A DNA stretch of 17,501 nucleotides from assembly GCA_046726415.1 (NCBI GenBank), contig JBKPAK010000235.1:1-17501 (forward strand). Direction: 5' to 3'. Below are positions 9,031-17,501 of the stretch, piece after piece. The notes beneath the pieces were generated by a model. That model did no database searches. It was not told the DNA's origin and saw only the letters and a program-made list of their open reading frames with translations. The stretch comes from Candidatus Methylomirabilota bacterium. GTDB taxonomy: Bacteria; Methylomirabilota; Methylomirabilia; Rokubacteriales; CSP1-6. Made by a program: the position numbers and the translations under genes. Each line of letters begins with the position of its first letter. Position 1 is the stretch's first letter.

Positions 9031-9059
9031 AAGTAAACATGACCGACTAGGTCAGTCAA
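9031..9059 (-). promoter_or_regulatory. tetR promoter with overlapping dyad operator
   Basis: Minus strand TTGACT-17 bp-TTACTT. The dyad TGACCGAC-tag-GTCAGTCA (9040-9058, 1 mismatch) overlaps the -35 and spacer. Confidence 0.65.
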
Positions 9060-9083
9060 CTACATAAGGGGGTTCGCCAATCG

Positions 9084-9509
9084 CTATGTCGCTCGTCCGG
9101 CACGGGCCGCGGCGATGGCCTTCAACGAATCCTGCTCGAGCATGAGCACGTGCTTCGCCACCACGCGGTATGTCCACTCGCCCGGGGCGGTCTCCGCGTT
9201 GAACTGCTCGTCAGTCAGCCCGACCAGTGACCCGATGAATCGTGCTCGCTCCTGCAGCCCCTCGGCCAGCAATCGCTGCAGCGGCGAGACTGTGATTCGT
9301 GACTCGTAGCGCCCTCGAGCACCTGCCCGGTGTGAATCTTCTCGTGATCAATGTCGTTGGTGATCAGTGTCCAGAGGGTCCTTGCCTTGCGCGCACGCAT
9401 GCGACGACGGCATCGCCAGTTCATCATCCGATGCCGCCAGCAGTTCGTCCATCGTGACCATCGTTTGCTCCAGCAGTTCGCGCACCGCCCCACGAACAGT
9501 CGCCGCCAT
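9084..9509 (-). pseudogene. DinB-like protein with two compensating frameshifts
   Basis: GGAGGA RBS, ATG 9509. Reconstruction: MAATVRGAVRELLEQ..PSSHACAQGKD/LWTLITNDIDHEKIHTGQVLEG/RYESR..LVGLTDEQFNAETAPGEWTYRVVAKHV.. It has DinB-like H..H and L.GLTDEQ..PGEWT...V..H motifs, with +1 near 9375 and -1 near 9312. Confidence 0.65.
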
Positions 9510-9608
9510 AGTCGTTCCTCCACGTCCGCCTGGGTTTCGCAGGCTACTCCACCGCGAGCCGGCACAGCCTCGTCCCCGCCCAGTATCCAGCTCGTCAACA
9601 ACCGCTAC

Positions 9609-11229
<1,621 letters not shown>

Positions 11230-11244
11230 CTGGCGTCCTTCAGC

Positions 11245-12522
11245 TCATCGGGAGGCACGGCGCTTCTCGCGCATCGTGGCTGCAAGCGAACCTGATGTGG
11301 GTCCAGGCGCCGGCTGGCGCATGGCCAACCCCACGACTCCGCCCGATAGCAGGGTGAGAGCCGCCACGACATGGATGGCCGCTTCAAGATCTATCGCGTC
11401 GGCGACCAGCCCAGAGAGTAGCGCGCCAATGGCGTACCCGAGGTCGCGCCAGAACCGGTACACGCCGAGACTCGACGCGCGCCACGTCGGATGGGCGTGA
11501 TCGGCGATGGCCGCCAGGAGTGTCGGGTAGACCATCGCGGTACCGAGCCCCTGGAGGGCGGCGGCGAGCAACCAGGCGCCGTACGCTGGCATCAGCACGG
11601 TGAGCCAGATGCCCACGGCCTGGACGACCATGCCCCACGCGATGAGACCTTTCCGGCCGACGCGATCCGACAGCATGCCGGTCGGGATCTGCAACAGGCC
11701 CCACACGATCGGGTAGACGGCCTTGACGATTCCGATGCGCTCGACGTCGAGTCCGTGGGCGCTGAAGAACAGCGGGTAGAGGCCCCAGGACATCCCGTCG
11801 TTGAGATTGTTGACCAGCCCGGCCTGACAGGCGGCGAAGAGGCTCACGTTGCCGAGCGTGGTCACGTAGAAGATGCGGCCGAGCGACAGCGGATGAGTGG
11901 GCATCGTCCCGGAGGTGGCCTCGAGCTTCACGTAGTCGCGAGTCTCTCGGACCAGGAAAATCGACATCAAGAGTCCGGCGACCGCGATGGCGATCCCGAG
12001 ATAGAACGGCTGCGGACGCAGCGCGTAGTGACCAGCGATGTACCCCGTCACCCAGGCCATTGTTCCCACCGCGAAGTAGCCCGCGAACTCGTTGAGGCCG
12101 AGGGCCAGACCCCGGCGGCGCGGGCCCACGAGGTCAATCTTCATGATCACCGTCATCGACCACGCCATCGCCTGGCTGGCGCCCAGGAGCACGTTAGCGA
12201 GGTCGATCCACCACCACACGGGCGCGTAGATGATGAGGAACGGCACGGGCAGCGCGAAGAGCCATCCCACGACGAGGACCGGCTTGCGCCCGATGCGGTC
12301 GGACAGCCGCGCCGCCACCAGGTTCAGCACAGCCTTCGACACCCCAAAGCTGACGATGAACGACGTGATCGCGGTCTTCGAGCTGAGACCGAACTCCTGC
12401 TCGCCCAGGAGCGGGAGCACGGTTCGCTCCAACCCCACCATCGCTCCCACGAAGGCGTTAAGCAGGACGAGGAGTGAGAACTGCGGGAGGTTCTCCCGCA
12501 GTCCGAGGCGGAGCTCAGTCAC
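11245..12522 (-). CDS. MFS transporter
   Basis: 425 aa with about 12 TM and MFS motif A twice (RLSDRIGRK, GMLSDRVGRK). LGLRENL.QF.LLV..NAFVG.MVGLERT subfamily. GTG overlaps the upstream stop (GTGA). Confidence 0.95.
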   Translation of the reverse strand: MTELRLGLRENLPQFSLLVLLNAFVGAMVGLERTVLPLLGEQEFGLSSKTAITSFIVSFGVSKAVLNLVAARLSDRIGRKPVLVVGWLFALPVPFLIIYAPVWWWIDLANVLLGASQAMAWSMTVIMKIDLVGPRRRGLALGLNEFAGYFAVGTMAWVTGYIAGHYALRPQPFYLGIAIAVAGLLMSIFLVRETRDYVKLEATSGTMPTHPLSLGRIFYVTTLGNVSLFAACQAGLVNNLNDGMSWGLYPLFFSAHGLDVERIGIVKAVYPIVWGLLQIPTGMLSDRVGRKGLIAWGMVVQAVGIWLTVLMPAYGAWLLAAALQGLGTAMVYPTLLAAIADHAHPTWRASSLGVYRFWRDLGYAIGALLSGLVADAIDLEAAIHVVAALTLLSGGVVGLAMRQPAPGPTSGSLAATMREKRRASR

Positions 12523-13256
12523 TCCAGGCCGAGGTTGCGCCGCCGGTTCTCCGCGAAGGCCTCCGGCTGCGGCGGCAGCCCTTCCAGCACGAACTCGACG
12601 AAGTCGGCCTTCGACCCCCTCTGCAGCGCCGGGTTGAAGCGCCGCTCGAAGCCGATCGTGGAGCCGGGCTTGCCGCTCAACCCCTTGCCACAGGCGGCCC
12701 CACCGAAGTGCGCCGGGAAGACCTCGATGTGATCCGGCAGCCGGAGGAGTGCCCCGTGGAGGCTCTCGTAGAGCTGCTCCGCCTGGGCGACCTCGACGCC
12801 CTCGCCGAGCAGGTCCGGTCGCCCCACGCCGCCCGAGAAGAGCGTGTCGCCGGTGAGCACGAACCAGGGCTCCGGGGCGCGCGTCCGGTCCGTGACCAGA
12901 AGAGAGGTGCTGTCCGGCGTGTGGCCCGGAGTGTGGAGCACCGTCACGCGGACATTCCCCAGCTCGTGCTGCTCGCCGTCGGCGACGTCGACATGCGAGA
13001 ACACGACCGGCGCCGACTGGTGGATGAGCACCGGGGCCCCGGTCAGCGCGGCGAGCCGGCGCGCCCCGGAGACGTGATCGGCCTGGACGTGCGTCTCGAA
13101 GATGTGGGTGATGCGCATGGACTTCTGGGCTGCCGCTTCGACGTAGGCCTCGACGTCAGGCTGTGGATCCACCACAGCGCAGGTGCCCTGGCCCCCTCAG
13201 CCGAAGAGATAGCTGGCGCAGCCGGTCGTGGCGTTGAGGAAATGGCGGAAGATCAT
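12519..13256 (-). CDS. MBL-fold persulfide dioxygenase-like (CstB/ETHE1-like) protein, probable selenoprotein (UGA at codon 20), 245 aa
   Basis: AAGGAGG RBS, ATG 13256, MIFRHFLNATTGCASYLFG(TGA 13199-13197)GGQGTCAVVDP, in frame with the 12519..13175 ORF. Motifs THVQADH, HTPGHT, TGDTLF.GGVGRPDL, PAH.GGAACGK, STIGFERRFN. Confidence 0.85.
13157..13196 (-). promoter_or_regulatory. Putative bacterial SECIS element
   Basis: After the UGA come 18 nt, then a perfect 7-bp stem GCUGUGG/CCACAGC closing the loop UGGAU. The loop starts 25 nt after the UGA and has G at its second position. Confidence 0.7.
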
Positions 13257-13333
13257 GGCCCGGCCTCCTTCCCCTGTCGGGGTCTTCTTCCGCTTGATAG
13301 CGCCTGGATCGACATAAGCGCCAATACTGTTTT

Positions 13334-13350
13334 CTTATCCGACCGATAAG
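13334..13350. promoter_or_regulatory. LysR recognition site (T-N11-A dyad)
   Basis: Perfect dyad CTTATC-cgacc-GATAAG containing T-N11-A, in the AT-richer divergent intergenic region just upstream of the lysR ATG. Confidence 0.7.
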
Positions 13351-13364
13351 CTTATGCTCCCGCC

Positions 13365-14309
13365 ATGACGCTCCGACAACTGGAAGTCTTCCTGGCCGTG
13401 GCTCGGGCCCGGAGCTATCGCCGTGCCGCCGACACCCTGCACACCAGCCAGCCCGCGCTCTCGCAACACATCCACGAGCTGGAGAGCGATCTCAAGGTGA
13501 AGGTGTTCGACCGGCTTGGACGGAGCGTCGCCCTCACCGAGGCTGGCCGGCTTCTCGAGACCCACGCGCTACGCGTGTTCGGCGCGCTCGACAGCGCGCG
13601 CGAGGCCATCGGGGAACTGCAGGGCCTCCAGCGAGGCTCCCTCGTGGTCGGGGCGAGCACCACGCCAGGGATCTACGTCCTCCCCAGCGTGATCGGCCAC
13701 TTCCGTCGGCAATATCCCGGTGTCGACCTGCATCTGAGGATCGCCAACTCACGGCTGATCGAGGACCGCATCCGCAACAACGAGCTGGATCTGGGCGTGG
13801 TCGGCGGTCATGGGTTGGCGGCCGGCGAGGAGTGCTTGGTCACCGGCCTGGACGACGAGCTCGTGTTGATCGTGTCGCCCCGGCACCGCTGGGCGCGGCG
13901 TCGCACGGTGGCGCCCACCGATCTCGCCAGCGAGCCTCTCCTCATGCGCGAGGAGGGCTCAGCGAGCCGTGACGTGACGGTGCGCGCCCTGCTCCAGGCC
14001 GGCGTTCGCTACCAGACCGCCATGGAGCTGGACCACACCGAGGCCATCAAGCAGGCGGTGATGGCGGGGCTGGGCGTGGCCTTCGTCTCGGTGCACGCCG
14101 TCCGCCGGGAGGTGGCGAGCGGGCATCTCGCGGGAGTGCGCCTGACGGGCGTGCCGATCCGCCGTCACTTCCACGTCATTCACCACGAAGCGCGCACGCT
14201 GGGGCCAAGCGCACGTGCCTTCCTCCAGATGCTCGCGATGCCGCCGCGCGAGTCCCGGTCGAAACAGACATCACATCGCGCGCCGCCTGACCGGGTCGCT
14301 GTCCGCTAG
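13365..14309 (+). CDS. LysR family transcriptional regulator (CysL/CmpR-like substrate-binding domain)
   Basis: MTLRQLEVF..S..RAA..L..SQPALSQHI..LE HTH; GASTTPGIYVLP, LMREEGS..R, TEAIKQAVMAGLGVAFVS. Confidence 0.95.
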   Translation: MTLRQLEVFLAVARARSYRRAADTLHTSQPALSQHIHELESDLKVKVFDRLGRSVALTEAGRLLETHALRVFGALDSAREAIGELQGLQRGSLVVGASTTPGIYVLPSVIGHFRRQYPGVDLHLRIANSRLIEDRIRNNELDLGVVGGHGLAAGEECLVTGLDDELVLIVSPRHRWARRRTVAPTDLASEPLLMREEGSASRDVTVRALLQAGVRYQTAMELDHTEAIKQAVMAGLGVAFVSVHAVRREVASGHLAGVRLTGVPIRRHFHVIHHEARTLGPSARAFLQMLAMPPRESRSKQTSHRAPPDRVAVR

Positions 14310-15001
14310 CCAGGAAGCGCGATGTGGTCGAACCCCTCGGCGTAGGTGTAGCCCTTCGTCTCCCCGAGGGCTGCCCCCGCGCGCCCGCACTTGCCCTTCC
14401 ACGGCCTTGAAGTCGCCGACCTGGGTCACATGGCAGGTGATGGCCTTTGAGTTTCAGGTCCATCACGTCGGTGATGTCGGCGACCAGCTGGGGCTGGTCC
14501 CACTGGATCAGGTACACCTCGCGCACCGCGTGCGGCTCGTACTCTGGCAGGAGTTCGGGGAAGGACAGGTGGTCTCGGGCAAGCGGGTAGATGTAGTCGA
14601 GGACGACCCCGCCAGTGATCCGATGGTCACGGTGCCAGCCGTGGAAGTTGGGAGACGTCCAGCTCGGGTTCTGCGCGATGATCAGGTCGGGCCGCCACCG
14701 GCGGATCTGGCGCGTGACATCACGCCGCAGCTGGCGTGTGTCCTCCACCTCGCCGTCCTCGTTAGCCGAGGAACTCCACATACCCAGCACCCGGGCGGCG
14801 TTCCGCTGCTCTTCCTCGCGGATCTCCGCCAGGAGCGGCGGCGGGATGGTGCGGCCGCTCGACCCCTTGTTACCGTTGGTCACGATGGCGTAGGTGACCT
14901 CGCGGCCCTCCCTGACCAGCCTCGCCACGGTTCCCCCCGCCGCGAATTCAGGGTCGTCGGGATGCGCGGTCACGACCAGGATCCGCTCGATCGCTTGTCA
15001 T
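14306..15001 (-). pseudogene. PIG-L family deacetylase/amidase (MshB/BshB/Mca-like), multiply frameshifted
   Basis: GGGAG RBS, ATG 15001. RILVVTAHPDDPEFAAGGT, VTNGNKGS, IREEEQRNAARVLG, HRDH, DITDVMDLKLK/AITCHVTQV../YAEGF. About 5 indels. The reconstructed stop shares CTAG (14306-14309) with the convergent lysR stop. Confidence 0.85.
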
Positions 15002-15086
15002 GGTTTCTCCCGTCTGGCGGTGACGGCGCCGTCGCACAGCTGGCGTGCGGTCCGAGAGCAGTCCGCCGCGTGCCGTCACCGCATCC

Positions 15087-16235
15087 TCACGTTGCCGCCG
15101 AGATCACGCGGGCTGGGCGGCCGCACTGCCACGCCGCCGCCATCAGCAAGGCCGCCCCCACGAGAAACGGCGTGGAGAGATCCACGGCATCAGCGACCGC
15201 GCCCATCACCAGAGGTCCGAGAATCTGCCCGCTATCCGTCATGGTGCGCAGCCACCCGATCGCTACCCCATGTAGAGGCGGCGGAACTTGATCTGCGATG
15301 AGGGCGGTGGGGAGGGCCGCCACGAGGCCCGCGGCAGCACCGATCGCCAGGCTCCATAGACCCAGCGCGAGTGGATGCGTCAGGAAGGTCAGACTCACGA
15401 GCAATGCGGCATAGATCACCAGGCCGGGAATCAACACGGGCAGGCGGCCCCACCGGTCTGAGATACTGCCCCCCAGCCAGAGCGCGAGAAGTCGGCCGAG
15501 CACGCTGAGGCTCACGATGAGTCCGACGGCGTCCGGGCCCACGCCACCCCGCTTGACCAGGTAGAGCGGGAAGAGGAAGACGAGCACACCAGTCTGGTTG
15601 GCGGTCAGCACTGCGTTGGTCACGCTCATGAGGAGCACACCGGGCGTGCGCAGCACCGTGGCGACGGGGCGCCACTCGCGCGATTCTCGCGGAGGCGTCG
15701 ACCGGGTGGCAGCCGGCAGCGTCCACTTCCCGACGGCAACCGCCGCCACGAGCATGCACGCCGCCTCGAACACGAACGGGCTGGCCGCGCCGACACCCTG
15801 ATAGAGCCAGCCACCCGCGGCGCTGCCCAGCAACAGCCCCGACGTCTCGCACATCAACAAGAGACTGACCGCCCGGCCCCGCCGCTGCGCGGCCGGGAGA
15901 TCGACCATGGTCGTGGTCGCGACCGTGCCGAACATGGCCCAGCCCACGCCCGCGAGGGCGCGGAAGCCCAGAAAGAAGCCGTAGGCAGAGGTCATCACGC
16001 TGGCGACATCGCTGAACGCGATCAACAGCAGCCCGCACGCCATCAGCGTCCGTCGCCCGACACGGTCCAGCACGTATCCGGTGGGCAAGCTGGCGACCCA
16101 CTTCCCCAGCCCGAACACAGTCGGGATCGACGTCACCATCCGGTAGTTCGCGGAAAACACTTCCTGCAGGTAAAGCGGCATGGTGGGACGAAGGACGCCC
16201 TGGCCAAGATTGAACAGGGCGGCGGCGGCGAGCAC
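15087..16235 (-). CDS. MFS transporter
   Basis: 382 aa hydrophobic ORF with GYVLDRVGRR and GSISDRWGR motifs. The start is uncertain, as the frame stays open to about 16289. Confidence 0.9.
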   Translation of the reverse strand: MLAAAALFNLGQGVLRPTMPLYLQEVFSANYRMVTSIPTVFGLGKWVASLPTGYVLDRVGRRTLMACGLLLIAFSDVASVMTSAYGFFLGFRALAGVGWAMFGTVATTTMVDLPAAQRRGRAVSLLLMCETSGLLLGSAAGGWLYQGVGAASPFVFEAACMLVAAVAVGKWTLPAATRSTPPRESREWRPVATVLRTPGVLLMSVTNAVLTANQTGVLVFLFPLYLVKRGGVGPDAVGLIVSLSVLGRLLALWLGGSISDRWGRLPVLIPGLVIYAALLVSLTFLTHPLALGLWSLAIGAAAGLVAALPTALIADQVPPPLHGVAIGWLRTMTDSGQILGPLVMGAVADAVDLSTPFLVGAALLMAAAWQCGRPARVISAAT

Positions 16236-16269
16236 AGCGACGGCCCCTTGCCACCACCGAGCGCCTTCT

Positions 16270-16755
16270 CTAGCGATGATGGCTCTTCCTCATAGCTCGC
16301 GAAACTTTCGGCGCGGAGTGGCAGCGACACGCCGTGCCGCGCACCGGGACCTCCTCGAGGTCGAGGCAGCGGCAGCCTTCGTGAGAACGCGCCCGCGATC
16401 GCGTCTGGAGTCGCCGCAACACGTGTTCGAGCTGTCGCTGGAGCAAGCCCAGCTCGCTGATCTGGTGTTGCACCGCGGACAGGTGTGCGCGGACGGCCTC
16501 GAGCAAACGTGGGCGCATCGCCGCGCGAGGCCCGCCGCTCAGCGCCACCGCCAGGGTCTTGAGGTGGTGCACTGACAGTCCAAGCGCCCGAGCCCGGCGG
16601 ATGAACCTGAGCTGCTGGACGGCCTGCTCGCCGTACTGCCGGTATCCCGCCGCGGTGCGGCCCGGCGGTGGCAGCACGCCGACCTGTTCGTAGTAGCGAA
16701 TGGTCTTCGCCGCCATGCCGGTAGCCTTGGCGACCTGGCCCACCGTCAATGCCAT
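16270..16755 (-). CDS. MerR family transcriptional regulator (161 aa) with C-terminal CRC..CRC
   Basis: GGGAGGTG RBS, ATG 16755. LTVGQVAKATG..AKTIRYYEQVGVLPPP.RTAAGYRQY..LRFIRRARALGLS, then a coiled coil. Confidence 0.95.
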   Translation of the reverse strand: MALTVGQVAKATGMAAKTIRYYEQVGVLPPPGRTAAGYRQYGEQAVQQLRFIRRARALGLSVHHLKTLAVALSGGPRAAMRPRLLEAVRAHLSAVQHQISELGLLQRQLEHVLRRLQTRSRARSHEGCRCLDLEEVPVRGTACRCHSAPKVSRAMRKSHHR

Positions 16756-16783
16756 CGGCTCACCTCCCGTGTCTGCGTTGCGG

Positions 16784-16814
16784 AGGATAGACCTTCCAGT
16801 GACGGGAAGGTCAA
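16784..16814 (-). promoter_or_regulatory. MerR-type promoter (19-bp spacer) with CueR-like operator
   Basis: Minus strand TTGACC-19 bp-TATCCT. Perfect dyad ACCTTCC-N7-GGAAGGT at 16791-16811. Confidence 0.9.
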
Positions 16815-16912
16815 GGAGGTTCGGCACAGCCTTGGGGTGGTCCGATCGGGCTCGTTGTCGTGCGCGGACGCGCGCCGAAGGGAATATCCTGGGCGCCCGA
16901 GGAGGACCGTGC

Positions 16913-17501
16913 ATGGACCAGAGCACTGGAAGTGAGGCTGCGGAGGCCGGCCGGTTCTACGACGCACTACGGTCCAGCGGGCTGTCCGCGGCGGCCCTCG
17001 CGCATGGCGACGGGTCGATCGGTCAGGAATGCCTCCTGACGGTGGACGAAATCGCGACTCTAGCCCGGCGGGCGGGCATCACCGCCGGGACGCCGGTGCT
17101 GGACATCGGCAGTGGCACCGGTGCGCCCGCGTGCTATCTGGCGCGCGAGCTCGGGTGCCGCGTGCTCGGCGTGGACGTCTCCGCCGTCGGCCATGCGCAG
17201 GCCGAGGCCCGGGCTCGCGACGACGGGCTCGACCATCTCGCGCACTTTCGTCTCGACGACATCCACACCATCGAACTGCCGCCGGAGGCTTTCGATGTCA
17301 TCATCGGCCTCGACTCCTGGTGTCACATCCCGCGGCGTCCCGTCCTCCTTCGGCGCTGCGCGCAGCTGCTGCGGCCGGGCGGGAGGGTCGCCTTTTACGA
17401 CCACGTCCTGCGTCAGCCGTTGGCCGAGGACCAGCGGCAGCGTTTCTGCGCGGTGTGGCGGTTCGCCGACCTGGAGAGCCCCGCGAGCTACCTCCAGGCC
17501 C
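16913..17501 (+). CDS. Class I SAM-dependent methyltransferase (copy B), runs off the window end
   Basis: GGAGGA RBS, ATG 16913, frame open to the end: MDQSTGSEAAEAGRFYDALRSSGLS..VLDIGSGTGAPACYLA..DSWCHIPRR. Colinear with 7509-8097. Missing from the ORF track because there is no stop in the window. Confidence 0.93.
   Translation, partial: MDQSTGSEAAEAGRFYDALRSSGLSAAALAHGDGSIGQECLLTVDEIATLARRAGITAGTPVLDIGSGTGAPACYLARELGCRVLGVDVSAVGHAQAEARARDDGLDHLAHFRLDDIHTIELPPEAFDVIIGLDSWCHIPRRPVLLRRCAQLLRPGGRVAFYDHVLRQPLAEDQRQRFCAVWRFADLESPASYLQA

Noticed and set aside
12519-13175. 218-aa MBL ORF starting at GTG 13175
   Set aside because: It has no RBS and lacks the first beta strands. The true start is 13256, with an in-frame TGA.
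16756-16926. N-terminal extension of MerR (218-aa ORF)
   Set aside because: It runs through the promoter/operator and overlaps the start of methyltransferase B. The SD supports ATG 16755.

Overview
This is a GC-rich (about 70% by eye) bacterial accessory region that looks like tandem integrative islands stacked at a tRNA-Phe site. The left part (1-6.7 kb) is mostly decayed fragments: two tyrosine-integrase tails, a truncated ZIP transporter, and VIT1, AI-2E, Fe/Mn-SOD, TcmP-like, Na+/H+ antiporter and IS110 remnants. Among them lie one intact ftsH and a 46-bp tRNA-Phe 3' duplicate (att core) flanked by arm-like repeats. The right part carries two near-identical SAM methyltransferase genes that bracket a sulfur/selenium-type cluster. 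In that cluster a CysL-like LysR is divergent from an operon of MBL-fold persulfide-dioxygenase-like gene, MFS, DUF6196 and a cysteine desulfurase/selenocysteine-lyase-like gene, followed by DinB-like and TetR genes. A second unit runs MerR-MFS-PIG-L from a 19-bp-spacer promoter with a CueR-type box. The main discovery is that the persulfide-dioxygenase-like gene starts 27 codons upstream of the ORF-track call and has an in-frame TGA at codon 20. That TGA sits where homologues have Cys and is followed by a bacterial SECIS-like hairpin, making it a probable selenoprotein. Caveat: several neighbouring genes carry frameshifts (decay or sequencing error), so a TGC>TGA nonsense change cannot be excluded without homologue data. 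Family assignments come from motif recognition only; no searches were run.
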